A DNA stretch of 64,000 nt, taken from the NCBI GenBank assembly GCA_035221665.1, contig CM069157.1, positions 16,802,001 through 16,866,000 of the forward strand, read 5' to 3'. Within the stretch, counting starts at the first letter, position 1. Every line of letters begins with the position of its first letter. Under the pieces are notes generated by a model. The model saw nothing but the letters and a program-made list of their open reading frames with translations, was not told the origin of the DNA and did no database searches. The translations under genes were made by a program, and so were the position numbers. Below are positions 1 through 13,832 of the stretch, piece by piece. The DNA is from Okamejei kenojei (Eukaryota).

Positions 1-206
1 TGTACAAAATCATGAGAGGAATAGATCGGGTAGATGCACAGTATCTTGCCCAGAGTAGGGGAATCAAGGAGCAGAGGACAAGAATGCTCTGTCATTTCTT
101 GATTTCACACAGTGGATTGAACTTCAGTGGTGATGATTTTTGGGAAAAGCTGTCGTTAATCATATATTTGGGGCTTCTAGCTAAACGTGGTTACAAATCC
201 TTCAGC

Positions 207-279
207 CGAGGCTCCAAGAGCATCCTCATTCTTGATGGCATGTTCTGTCATCAAGAATGAGGATGTTCTTGGAGCCTCG
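207..279 (+). repeat. 34-bp inverted repeat with 5-nt loop
   Basis: Arms 207-240 and 246-279 are complementary apart from two G:T pairs. Confidence 0.9.
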
Positions 280-669
280 TCCTCCTGGTCCGCCCTTTCG
301 TGCGATAACTATCCCTGAACAACCCCTTATTCTATGACAATAACCAACCCATCCTGAGCATCTCACTGTGAGGGGACGGAACTACAGATAGCAGTTTACA
401 CTGAAGATAAATACAAAATGCTGGAGTAACTCAGCGGGACAGGCAGCATCACTGGAGGGGAGTGTTTCGGGTTGTGTCCCTGTTTCAGACTGAAAGTCAG
501 GGGAGAGAGAGGGGCACAGATATGGAAGGGTAAGGTGTGAAAACGAGACATCAAAGTGGATGAGATCAAAGATTGAACGTTTCAGGTCGAGACCCTTCTT
601 CAGATACAGATTTGTGTAATTGTGGATGTTCGCTGAGGCACAAAGTGACATCTCTGATTCTCTGCAACT

Positions 670-1030
670 CGAACAACCCGCCCGTCCTAGGCCGCCGCCA
701 TCCGGTGCCGGGCCACGTGACGCTGTGGCGGCGCCGGCGCTGGCGCTTGGCCCGCGTGACGTCAGCACCGCGCGCGCGCGCCAGCGCGTGACGTCAGTGC
801 GGCGCGCCGGCAGGCTGTGAATTGCTGTCTCACAAGGCCGGCGCTTGAGTCAGTGAGCGGGACCCGCCATGGAGTACTTAGTCGGCATCCAGGGCAGGGA
901 TTTTGTACTGGTGGCGTCCGATACCGTGGCTGCCAGCAGCATCATCGCCATGAAGCACGGTAAGGCGGCGAGAAAGGAAACGGGTGGTCGGCGCGGCGCG
1001 GCGCGGCTCTCGGGCCTTAGCCTGGGTCAA
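670..1030 (+). promoter_or_regulatory. PSMB2 CpG-island promoter with E-box (714-719), two CREs TGACGTCA (757-764, 789-796), (CG)n run, ARE-like site (823-833, -) and AP-1 site TGAGTCA (~846-852)
   Basis: Very CpG-rich island over exon 1 in AT-rich surroundings; motifs read directly; function inferred. Confidence 0.8.
869..959 (+). CDS. PSMB2: Proteasome subunit beta type-2, coding exon 1 (MEYLVGIQGRDFVLVASDTVAASSIIAMKH)
   Basis: Kozak GCCATGG; translation resembles the PSMB2 N-terminus; donor G|GTAAG at 960; 91 nt. Confidence 0.97.
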
Positions 1031-3475
1031 CCAGTCTCCCCATCAGCGGGATATTCAGGCGCAGCAGCAGCAGCGCCAAACCAGTTCCATAAAGAACAGA
1101 CGGATCTTCCTTGCTATAAACACCGCAATGGAATGCCACCCATAAAGCCGGTTGGAAATAAACACAGTCCCGGAGGAACTCTGGCCGCATCTGTGAAAGG
1201 AAATACTTCCTTCTACAGATTCTGCCTCGCCGGTGAGGTCCAACAGCAGTTTGTAGGTCTGATCAGGATTAAAACCTCTGCAATCTCTTGCGTATAATTC
1301 CTCGAAAGGCCCAGGAAGTCGACCAGCGTCATTATACTGCAAAATAAGGCTTTTTGCACCACATCTGAATTCTGACATTTTGAACAGTTATCTGGTTACC
1401 ACTTGTTAACTTGGCCCCAAATTATCCCATAATTAATATTAACAGAAGCAATTGAACATTGCAATACTCGATAATGTGAAAGTAAAATCTTCAATCACCC
1501 AGCATATCGAGCAGCATCTGTGGATAGAGGAAATGACTGACCTAGTAGTATATTCTATTTTTAGTATTTGTAGTATCTTCCATTTTTTATTTTGCTAAAA
1601 TAGTTATTTGGTCAAGTTTGGGGTACATTGTGCGAATTGTTATGTACTCAGAACAGTGACTGGACTTTCAAGGTTACTAATTAGCTTTCAAGTGTTGCGA
1701 AAGTGCAGTATATTTTTGCTTTTGCGCTGTTCATGTGCTTCATCTGAAGTAATGGATTTGGAATTTCCATCCACACTTTAAAAAAAAAAAAAAGATTTTC
1801 CATAACTGTGAATATTGTCACAAGTTAGATTCAGTCTGAAGAAGTGTTCCAACCCACAACATTGCCTATCTATTCCCTTCACAAGATGCTGCCTGACCTG
1901 CTGAATTACTCCAGCACTGTGTTTTGATCGCGATTCCAACATCTGCAGTTCCTAATGTCCAGATTAGCAATTTTCGTGCTACGGGAGGTGTTTTCCTGTA
2001 CTTGCAGTTTAACTCTCAGATTGTTATATTAACCTGTGTAGAAAGTCAGTTGTGTAAAATGATGTACTGTCAAATTGGAGATCTATGCTAATTGATTACT
2101 AATAAATTAATTGTCTACATTATACACCCCAATTAATCATAACCACTGATAGGATTGTGGGAATGTGGCTAGTTGTCACAGTTGTTTTTATTTGTAAGTC
2201 AATAAGTAACTTGGGTTTTTGCACTTTAAGTAGAGGATTGAAATGCCGATCACAAAGATGGAGAGCACCACCTTCTTTCTCTACTATTTATAGTAATGTA
2301 AAAACAGATGGCAACATTGCCTGCAGGCAATTATTTGAACATAATTTATAAAATATACCTTGTACCTAATTCACATTTAATGAGCAATTGCAGCCTAACC
2401 AAGGTACTGTTAAATCATGTTTTAACATTCTTTTGGGCTTGTTTAAAATAAATTGATGAAATTGAGCAATTGATTTGATCCTTTACTCCCCAATGCTTGT
2501 GATGACTCTGAAAACAGTATATCAGATCACCTTTAACCACTATGGATGTTGTCAAAATATTGCTCATAATTTCCAAAATAATTGCAGTACTTGCATCATG
2601 CTCTTAGGTTCAGCAAAACATTTTGTAAACAATGGTGGGCATCTGGAATATTTTTCTAATAAACTATAAAGAACATTGAAAATATTGTCTTTACCGGTGG
2701 ATGCTTAAAAGCTCGATTATTTTTATTGCAGTTTAAGGAAGATGTCATGTAAATAGGAATTTGATGCATAGAAAGCTTCTCTCGAATAATATAATTATAT
2801 TGCACCAAAATATTTGCATCCCAATCACTTTTCACAGATCGAGCTAAAGATCCATTTTATTCTCCAGTCTGTTATTTCATGTTGTGCTTCTGCTCACAGT
2901 ATTCTTAAGCAATCTGAAAGTGAAAGTGAAAGAATAGCCAGGAAGGTTGAACAACCATTTTCAAAGAGACAAAATGGGGATTAACATTTTATCAAAGCTT
3001 TAACTGTTTGCCACTAACAAAGGCTTTATCTTCTGGGTTAAGATTGTAGTTTCTTATTTTTTTAACCGTCGAATATCTTACTATGCATTCAATATATACG
3101 ATTTACCAATGGTTATATTCATTTTGATTAATTAAAGTGCTGTGAAAGCAACTTTCCCATGATCAGGCAATCTTTTAAAATCTAAAAATTAAATGCTCTT
3201 GGATGCATTTTCATCTTCTGAATTTGATGTGGGTGTATATTTTGAACAATTTTGAGAGCTATTTAAGTTTTCAAATGTACAAGTCAGCATATTTGGTTTT
3301 GAGAATGATTTAGGTTTGAGGGAGTCGCGTTATCCAATCTACATATTGTCAAGTATTGTCTGTTTCTATGACTAGTGCTCAAGTAAAACCTTTAGCTCTT
3401 CTACTCATTAACATTGGTAGATTTTATTCAATTTATTTCCAGATTTTGATATTGGCAATGCTTTGTAATTTCTAA

Positions 3476-3619
<144 letters not shown>

Positions 3620-5189
3620 TAATTATATCTCATTCAACTTTTATGCTCAAAACACGATTTAAAATACGTTTTTATGTTGATAAATATTATCTATTAGCTT
3701 TGAGAAAGCATGACTGAAATGTTTGTCAAGAACATGGACAGGACAGGTTTTGGAGGGATATGGACCAAATGTGGGCAGGTGGGACTAGTGTAGCTGGGTC
3801 ATGTTGACGGTTGTAGGTGATTTGGGGAAAAGGGCCTGTTTCCACACTATCACTCTATGTCTCCAACCACTTAACCCATTTGCATTACACTTGATCTTGT
3901 GCAACAGTTGAATTAGAAGTTCAAAGCTATTGTGGGACCACGAGTCCCAGCAAACAAAAAGCTGTACAAGAGAGAAATTAAGACAAATTGCTGGAGTAAC
4001 TCAGTGGGTCAGGCAGTATCGCTGGAGAATATGAACAGGAAGGGCCCTGATCCCAAACTTCAGAGACTGAAGAAAGATTCCGACCTGAAACATCACCTAT
4101 CCGTGTTCTCCAGAGATGTTGCCTGACCTACTGAGTTACTCCAGCCCTTTTATTTTGTAAACTAGCATCTGCAGTTCCTTGTGTCTCCTTTACATGAAAC
4201 AGGATGATCAATATGTGTGGGAAGGAACTGCATATGCTGGTTTACACTGAAGATAGACACAAAAAAACGGGTCATCAAAGTGGATGAGATCTAAGAAAAT
4301 GTAGAATAGATCATTGTTAGCTCGGGGAAGGTGACAATGAAGCATACAAAGATAAATTTGAATCAGGACGACAGTCAGACTGGCTGGAGAACTAGGATGG
4401 AGGAGGCGTGGAGAGAGAGGGAAAGTAAGGATTACTCTAAGTTAGAGAAGTCGATATTCAAAGTCAAAGTGAGGTGCTCAAGAGGTGCTGTTCCTCCAAT
4501 TTGCGTTGGGCCTCATTCTGACAGTGGAGGAGGCCCAGGGCAGAAAGATCAGTATGGGAGGGGGAGTTAAAGTGTTTAGCAACCGGGAGATCATGTAGAT
4601 TTAGGCAGACGGAGCGAGGTGTTCAGCGAAACGATCGCCAAGTGTGCACTTGTGCTGAAATGTTCCAGATAAAATAAAATTGTGTTGCAACCTTGTTTGG
4701 TTTCATCCACAGTGCTATCAATCATCAGATTATTTTTTTGTTGTTGCATATCTAAAAGCTTTCAATTTGAATACCAGGTATGGTAACTTGCATCTTTGCA
4801 GCTGGTTCAAAATCCTTGGGTGACAATGTAATGTCCTGAACAACATCTTTAAATTGTGTTTCTTGTTGCAATGGTGTTCACTGAAATTGCATTTAGTGAG
4901 GACTATCTCAGAAATGTCTACAAATAGTGCATTGAAACCTGTTCGTTTCTCCGACATTGAAACCTGTTCGTTTCTCCAATTAATATCCCAACAACTAAAA
5001 CCAATTTAGTATGAGTGAACTCTGCATTATCACTGTTCACGTAATGGAATTTTGCCGTTTCGGTATCTCAAATCATGATCCAAAAATTTTAGATATGGAA
5101 TAAAAGTGAGAACTTTTGAGATGATACAACTTTGCGAATTGGTGATACAGTTATTGGAAAATAGTGATGCACACCGTTTTGGGTGACGA

Positions 5190-5600
5190 CACTGGGCCTG
5201 TACCCGCTGGAGTTTAGAAGGATGAGGGGGAACCTCATTGAAACATCGAATAGTGAAAGGCTTGGATTGAGTAGATGTGGAGATAATGTGTCCACTAGTG
5301 GGAGAGTCTAGAACTAGAGGTCATAGCCTCAGAATTAAAGGACGTTCCTTTAAGAAGGAGATGAGGAAGAATTTCTTTAGTCAGAGGCTGGTGAATCTGT
5401 GGAATTCTTTGCCACATAAGGCTGTGGAGGCCAAGTCAATGGATATTTTTAAGGTAGTGATAGATAGATTCTTGATTAGTACGGGTGTCAAGGGTTATGG
5501 GGCCGAGAATAGGGTTAGGAGGGGGAGATAGATCAGTCATGGTTGAATAGCGGAGTAAACATAATGTGCCGAATGGCCTAATTCTGCTGACCTTATGACC
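5190..5600 (+). mobile_element. CR1-type LINE 3' fragment
   Basis: ESRTRGHSLRI…FFSQRLVNLWNSLP peptide and typical 3'UTR. Confidence 0.85.
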
Positions 5601-8600
5601 TTTCTAAAAATGCAACCCCCCCCCCCCCCCCCCCCCCACCCAACCCAACAGACTCCTAATAGAATTTGGGTTTTTTTCCTCTGAATGTTTGGGAAATAAA
5701 TTGGTATCAAAATGCTGGGGATGCTGCTTTAATTCCACATTAAATTTAAAGATTTGCTCAGAGTTGAGGAATGCTTTGTGTAATAAAACCCTCATTCAGT
5801 TGTTTATTGCAGCACAGTAACTAACAGTTGAAAGATTACATTTCTGTTTCACACTTGCTCTGTACTTGCTTCTAAACATTTTGCAAGCATCCACATTGAA
5901 ATTGGCGCAGATCCAACCATGTAGTCTGAAGAAGGGTCTCGACCCGAAATGTCATCCTTCGCTCCATAGATGCTGTCTCACCCGCTGAGTTTCTCCAGCA
6001 TTTTTGTCTACCTTCGATTTTTCCAGCATCTGTAGTTCTTCCTAAACATGTAGTTTGGTTTATTACGTGAAATATTCAGAAACCAATCACTTTTTCAAAT
6101 AATTTAATGTTAAATATTATTGATTCTCGTGAAGGAAGTTGAAATGCGACTATTTCAAATTCTAATAATGTAATTATTGTAATAACGTAATTATTACAAT
6201 GCAATTCTCTAGATTAACAGTTCAATTTGTTACATTGCTTTATCTGTTTTAAAATGTCTATATAATTTTCTATAACTTTGGCATGGCCGTGCGTTTTCAG
6301 AACAGTTGGTGGCAATTCACATTGGTGCACCAGAGTGTTACATTGTTGGTTCTTTTATCTTCTGTTCACTACACTGTGAATCCTTTATCTTAACTAATCA
6401 GATGCAGTCATGCATGAAGTGAATACAGGAAATTGGCAATTAATTTTCCTGAAGTGTTTTTACAACATTTGGAAATGTTGCCTCTTTGAATATTTGTTGA
6501 AGACAGAGATAGCTATAAATGGACATAATGGTGATATGCCATAATCATCTTGGTTTAGTATCTCAAATTAATTCTGCAACAGATTACTTTATAATGAAGA
6601 GAGCAAAGAAACAAGAGTTATTTAAGTCATTTGCTCAGAATGAAATAATCTTTGGAACTGTTTTCCACATCGGAGGGAAGCTAGCCTTTTCTACACCTGA
6701 TAGAAGTTCAGTGTTAATCTGGTCAGCCATTCACCATATCTTGGGATTACTGCATTTCAGAGAGTGATTAATAAATCAACAGTAGTTCACGAATCCTTTA
6801 ATCCTCGCTATTTTATTTCCTAGGATTGGAGAATATTTGTGTTTTTAAACTCCATATAACAATGCAAATGAACTTGATGATAGGTTAATTCATTAACTGT
6901 GGATAATTTATAATTCTTTGCGACTTTAAGGCATTCTGTTTCAGCTATAGGTGTTAAGCGCCTCCATTCTAAATGATCAGAGGTCGTCTCGAGGCTTGGT
7001 TCTGTAAACTGCTTGAATTTATAGAAGAATGCTACATATTACTATTGTATTTATTACATTATTTCAGCTGCAATGAAGTATTTTTCTAGTATTTTCTTGC
7101 CCATGTTGACTATCTATCTTGATTCTTATCATAGAACATAAAATAGTGCAGCAGAGGGACGGGCTCTGTGACCCACAATTGCTAAACATGAGGCCAACTG
7201 ATCTCATCGGCTTGTACATGATCCATATCCCTCTTTTCCCTGCACTTACATGTGCCCATCTAAAAGTCTATTAATCACCACTCTTATCGTCTCCACCCCC
7301 CCCCCCCCCCCCCCCCCCCCCCTCTACTGTTTTAAAAAAAAACCTTTCACCATACATCTCAAACTTTTGCCCCTCTCTCGCCTTGCAGTGTTGGACATTT
7401 CCGCTCTGGGAAAAAAATTCTATAAATATTTATGCTTCTCACAATTTTATATACTTCTATCATCTCCTGACATTCCAGAGAAAACAATCTGTCTATCTTA
7501 ACTTAGCAGTAAAAGGTCAAGCTGTCCTGTTAGTTTTATTCAAATATTCCTTATTAATAACAAAGTAAATTGCCCTTGAATTGAATCGCGTTCTATTCTG
7601 TCACATGCACATTTTGAATGACAGCCTTCATTTATGTCAGAGATTGTATGTTTTCTGCATCCTTTAGGCCAGGGTCTTTGTACTCCACAAGACAAAGTTT
7701 GTTATTTTGTTCACAGCATTTTTGTACACAAAGGTCTGCCAACACACTTGTGGAAAAATGGCTTGTTATTTCAATGGGGTACCCATAGGACCGGTATATA
7801 TGTAGCCACCTCCATTCATATTCCTGTCTACTACTTCCTAAAATTTCTCTTATAACTAGAGTAGTACAGCACGGACACAGGCCCAACTTGCCCATGCCGA
7901 CCACAATGCCCCCATCTGCCCGTATTTGCCCCAATTCCCTCTCAACCTTTCCTATCCATGTACCTGTCCAAATTTCTTTTAAATGTAGCTCAGCATATTT
8001 CTTTGACCATTTTGGTGATATAATGGCTTTTTATTTTGCTTTATCCTATTGGACAAATGAATCACTAATTTCCCGTATATTTTATGAAAAATTATTACTC
8101 GCAAATCTTTATTTAAAAATCAGTTTAATTGGCTTTCCTCGCTAAACATGCATAAGACAATGTATATATTCCACAATTGTTCTGTTGTAAAGGTTTTTCA
8201 TGAACTATGCTTTAACCCGTGTGGTAGTATTAGAACAATAAGTTTACCCAGTTGTTTTTCATGAATGGTGCATGCTTGCAGAGCACACTCAAAGCACACC
8301 TAAAAATACTATGTAGTATATCTACAGTATAAACTGTTGACTCAGTTGTGCGAAAGTATATTGTATGTAATACAAGTGTTTCTTTACCATGTTGCCACAT
8401 GTATTGTGCTTATTGCCTAACTAAAACAAGGCCAAATAAGTTTGCTCTTCCCACAGGTTCCAGTTCTCCATGATGTAATATTCTTTTGGTAGAGTTTTAG
8501 GAAAAGGATTATTAGTAGCATCCTTGGACATCTTTTCTGTACCGTTTTTAGCTATTCCAAATGTGGTCACACCGATTAGAACAATTATACCATAACATCC

Positions 8601-8609
8601 CAACTGTTG

Positions 8610-9780
8610 TGCAGCTATTCATTAGGAAAGCTAACAATGTTTATGTTACTAGAGTAATCGAATATAAAACTAGGGCACTCATTTTTCATTTCTTTAGTGT
8701 ATTGGTGAGACCACTATATTCCCTGTACAATGTATGCCAGGCGTGTTCTATCTATGTCACCACTCTAGGGAAACTTTGTATCAGAAATATTCCCTCCACA
8801 AGTGTCGTCAGGAACCCTTTGGATCTTTTATATTTCCATCCTTGCATTCTTCTCAATTTCAGGAGGTATAAGACTATCCTTGAGGCAACCTGCCCATTCT
8901 GGATATCAGTTCAATAAACCGTCTCCAATGTATTTGGATCCTTGCTGAGAAAAAGGAGACATTGTGTACTACTGCTGTGGTCTCACCAATACCCTAAACA
9001 AATGAAAAATTAGTGCCCTAGTTTTATATTCAGTTACTCTAGTTACATAAACATTGTTAGCTTTCCTAATGAATCGCTGCACTTGCATACCACCTTCTTA
9101 CAAAGCAGGCACAGAGACAATGGATCCCTCTGCATCTCAGTATTCTGTCAAAAGACAATGTGCAGTTTTTAGCCAAAATGGACAAATTCACATTTTCGAT
9201 GCTGTGCTCTATTTGCCAGATCTTCACCTACTCAAGCTCTTTATTGCCTTTTTTAGCTTTCGTGTCATCTTTCTAACTTTGCTAGAACCTGGGTATCTGG
9301 TGCTGAGAGGCAGCAGCTTTACCAGCGGCTGCACTGTGCCACCCTAACCATAATGCTTTCATCCAAATCATTTATATATACATATTGTAAAAAATAAAGG
9401 ACCCAGCATTGACTCCTGTAACATTTATAGCATCTTTGCAACCAGAAAATGACCCATTAATACCTATTGTTTCTTGTAAGCTAGCCAGTCTTCTATCCAT
9501 CCCGATATATATTCTTTAACACTATGATTTTTATTTTCTACAGTAACCTTTGCAGCACCTAATCAGATACGTTGGGGAAATCTCAGTGTAGCTCATCCAT
9601 GGGTTTATATATCCTCAGCAGTTCAAAGAACTTGAGTAAATCCTGCTGTATTGTCTAATAGCTCCTGACCACTTTCCAATGACGTTAAGCCTGTTGGCCT
9701 TTTTGAATAAAGAAATTCTAATCTAATGGGACCATTGCCATGTCTGGAGAATTTTGGACATTCAGAACCAATGTTTCAAC
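8610..9780 (-). mobile_element. Old CR1-type RT fragment with an inverted duplicated segment
   Basis: CR1-like antisense sequence; arms 8610-8733 and 8959-9081 are reverse complements. Confidence 0.6.
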
Positions 9781-9920
9781 TATTTTACTAGCCATGTTTG
9801 AAAGTTCTGTCATGGTGTTCAGTGTTGATATGAAAAAGAAAAGAGTGCAGTTTTGTTCAGAATTAAATAACAATTTAAAGATAAAATTGGAGATCATTGA
9901 TTCCTTTTTCAACTTTGCAG

Positions 9921-9991
9921 GTTATGAATTGTCTCCGACAGCAGCTGCAAACTTCACTCGCAAAAACCTAGCAGAGTACCTCCGAAGCCGG
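9921..9991 (+). CDS. PSMB2: PSMB2 coding exon 3 (GYELSPTAAANFTRKNLAEYLRSR)
   Basis: tttgcag acceptor, GTAGGT donor, 71 nt; recognisable PSMB2 peptide. Confidence 0.97.
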
Positions 9992-12535
9992 GTAGGTGAA
10001 CTGAATTAACTAAAGATTTTATTAAGAGTCTAAATGTTATATTTATAGGAGGACGGTAAGTATATAATAAGAAACATAGAATTTATAAAATATAAAGTGA
10101 CACTACTTAATTGGACCATTAAATGTTTTGGACGTGGCCAGTAATTTGCTGTTCCTGACGCCTTGTTCCCGTCTTTAAATTGAATAAAGTGATACATTGA
10201 AGACATTTGGATTGTGTTGAACATAAGAAAACGTTAAGTTATGTTTCCAGTCCTATTGTTAATTAACCCTTTGAATCATTTCCATTTCATCATAAATTGT
10301 GAACCTATGGGAGCAGCATTATTTACCCACGGTTTCATAGCATAACAACGATTCTCAAGTTCATGGCATCAATGCAAATGTTACTAGTAGTATTGTTTCC
10401 CCAGAGACTAATATGTATCTAATATGGTAAATCACTTGTGTGGGAAAGTGAGTGAAGATGGGTTTGTAAGATGTCCTATACGAGCATATATTGTTGTAGG
10501 ATTGTCTAAGATTACATTATTGTCACCACATTACATTATTGATTAAGTAATGTCTAGAAAGGGCATCAGATTTGATCATTGAACTTTTTTATTGTCAGTT
10601 GGGGGTGATAAAAAAAAAAATGAAGATATGAATTTTGATATTCTATTTTGCCCTTTCAATAAAAGATATGTTGCATAACAATCTATTTACACCTGACATT
10701 ATGGAATGTCACTGCACATCATTTTTTGCACTGTTAGTTTTCCATAGCCAGCTTACCAGTAAAACTTTTAAAAATATGTTGTAGATGTAGCCATTTAGCT
10801 GTTATTGAAGTGTTTGAAAATTTACTGCAATCTGTTCTCATTCATGACTCCTTAAATCATCCTTTTGTTGGCTAGGATGAAACAGATGAATCTTGACTTC
10901 ATTCTTGGAAAAAAATCATCTTTTATGTGTAATCTTGCCTTTTCATCCCAGGGGATTCAGTCCTCTGAAGAGCTAAATTAAACAGTGGTACAATTCATGG
11001 TGTTTTCTAAGACATAAAGCAACAATGTGCCATACTTCCCATTCATTGGGTGTTTTTGGTTCCTAGTGTGTTCAAATTGGTCCATTCACTTGAATATAAA
11101 TGTTACTGTAAAACAGCTGTTGTTTAGGTTAAATAAAATATAAGAAAAACACCTACTTTACCTTGTGCTAAAAGTAGACTTCTAGATTTAATGATATTTC
11201 CATTAACCCTTTTGGGAAATACTGTTTGCAAAGTGAATTGTTACTATAGACATGTGCTCTGGCTTTAATGCCTGAGCAAGTATTTTAGCAGAAGACATCC
11301 TTTCCTTCTCTTCTCTTTCCCCCCCATCTTTCAAGGAAAACACATCTGTCTGTGCCTGTGATCCCCCTGCTGTGCAGTCCATCTGGAACATGCATGTTGT
11401 TGGGCAAGTCCAGGCATGGGCAGGCTGTGGGGATCAAACACCAGGGACTTTAGCTGCACCTCACGACCTCCACTAACCAAAATCTTGTTAATTACCTTAT
11501 TACAGAATTTATTTTAATCACTTGTAACAAGTCACAATTGCAATGCTCTGGCAAGGGAGCTCAAACCATTCACAGCATTTACCTGTGCCATATGTTGCTA
11601 ATCACATGATCAGTGACAGACATCTAATCAGCTCGTCTCATCAACCCCCCATTGCACTTTGCACAGAAGGGTGGGCAAAACATCCCAATTAAATTATCCA
11701 TAATTGATGATGTTGTATTGGCACTGAACCTTGCCCTCCCTTGACACCTAACGTTTTTAGTTAGCCAGCTGTTTAATTTTCCCCGGTGGATTGGAATTGT
11801 GGTCTCAATGGAAGAATGTGTTTAGAATGAGCTAAGGGATGGAACAGCATTTATCTCCCAGCTCTGTGGTTGCAACCTATCCTCAATTCTAGACAGCGAA
11901 GCCAGCTGCAATTATTAATTTGACCCCACCCCTGTGAGTGATAAAATTCAAGATGCTGAGTATGTTTGACAGGGTGTTAGCCTTGTGAGTCTCAAATTTG
12001 TCAAGTGTGATTGGAGATTATAATATTTATCATGGCTAAAGTTAATGTCAGAACATTGATAATTAGTGCATAGGTGTTTTGTGTAAAACCTATTTTCAGA
12101 TTGCTATATGAAGTGATTGTGCTGGGTAAAGATGGTTGGCAGATATGATTCAAATGTTCCATTCCTTATTAAGAGTTGACATTCAAATATTTCACTATTT
12201 TCATAATGACACTCTTGCATGGTTAAATGCACATTGAATTCTGAAGAGTAACATGGTGACATCACACTGAACAAGTCTCGGCTCGTTCAAATTATGTTAC
12301 TCAGTGAGACATGTGTCAGTCTTCCATCTGATAGACTTGGTGTCGATTGTGTCAATGTTAGTTTCATTACATTGTTTAACAGTAACATAGAACATGCACA
12401 TCCTAGTGCAGAACCTAGCCAGGCCATAATATTTCCTTTCAAGGAATCGGGATGACATTTTCTTAATCTTAGGTAGCATTCAAACAATATTTGTGATAAT
12501 GCGTGAAATATATTGAATATTCAACTTGTAGTTTA

Positions 12536-12800
12536 GAGTGGCATGGTGGCACATCCTTACAGCGCCAGAGCCCTGGTTCGTTCCTGACTGTAGGTACTGT
12601 CTGTATTGAGTTTGTACGTTCTCCCTGTGACTGCATGGGTTTCCTCCAACATTCCAGACGTACAGATTGGTAGGTTAAGTTGGCTTTGGTAAAAATTGTA
12701 AATTGTCCCTAGTGTGTAGGACACTGCTAGTGTACGGGGATCGCCTGTCGGCATGGACTCAGTGGGCCAAAGTTTCAGTGTTTCCGTGCTGTACTCGACA
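12536..12800 (+). mobile_element. HE1/V-SINE-like SINE
   Basis: Similar to the 50550 copy (ttacagcgccagag…gtaaattgtccct). Confidence 0.75.
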
Positions 12801-13832
12801 AAATACTGTAAAAGATAAATCACCGAACACTACTGAAGTTGAACCTGGCATGTCTTGAAACTTTGTTGTGGTTAAGCACAATATTAGGGCAGAGCACAGT
12901 ACAGCATGGAAATAGGCCCTTCAACCAACCTTGTCCATGCCAATCAAATTGGCATACTAGGCTTGTCCCTTTAGCTCATTTTCTTCTGTCCACATATCTG
13001 TCCAAAAGTTTTTTTGAAGGACATAACTATCAACTTCAATAGCTTTCTCTGGCAGCTCATTCCAGATACTGACTACCCTCCAAGTGAAAAAAAAGTTGCC
13101 CTTGTGGTCCCTCTTGAATCTCTTTCCTCTTATGTCTATGTCCTTTAATTTTTCAATCTTCTACCTTGAGGGAAAAAGTCTGTGACCATTCACTTTATCC
13201 ACGTTTGCTTGTTTTTGTATGATTGTGTTTGTCAGCAATCAATTAGACACAACCATGTTATTGAGAAATTGCCAAAAGGTGAATCGTTTTGTTGGTGATG
13301 GAGCATTAAAGCGCACAGATGTCCTGTTTTAAAATCCTAACCTCAACATCTGCATTTCGAAATAGACTATGTATCATGTCATTGCAGTTGGGCAGATATT
13401 TTTTGGAGAGCAGAACAGGGGTTAAATTCTACTTCTTCTCCAACTTTGGGCAGTTGAACATCCAAATTTGGATAGTTAACTTAGTAGGATTTACCAAGGT
13501 GAAATCGATGATCCATATAATTATTAAAAGGCAAAGATCTGTAGTGCAAATCTGAAATTCAACACTGAATATGCTGGACAAACTCAACAGATCAGACAAC
13601 ATCTGTGGAGAGAGAAGAAACAAACTAATTAAACGCATCACATGATTATCATTTGAGTCTGAAGGAAAAAATAACATTTAATACAAGAAATTAGGACAGA
13701 CATTTGTTTTCCTGATTCTACACCATATGCTTTCAATGAAAAGACCATAAAATTTAATTTGTATGTACATTTAATGATTCTGTTTAATATATACTTTCTG
13801 AACTAAATCTAACCCATCAATTATTGTATAAG

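Noticed and set aside
382-820. ORFs over the promoter on both strands
   Set aside because: Explained by stop-poor CpG island plus a Penelope-derived repeat; no recognisable protein.
869-1297. 142-aa ORF as a standalone protein
   Set aside because: It is PSMB2 exon 1 reading through a strong GTAAG donor into GC-rich intron; homology ends at codon 30.
4930-4978. Direct repeat CATTGAAACCTGTTCGTTTCTCC x2, superficially CRISPR-like
   Set aside because: Only two units with a 3-bp gap in vertebrate DNA; simple tandem duplication. Same for the 19-bp repeat at ~17984-18022.
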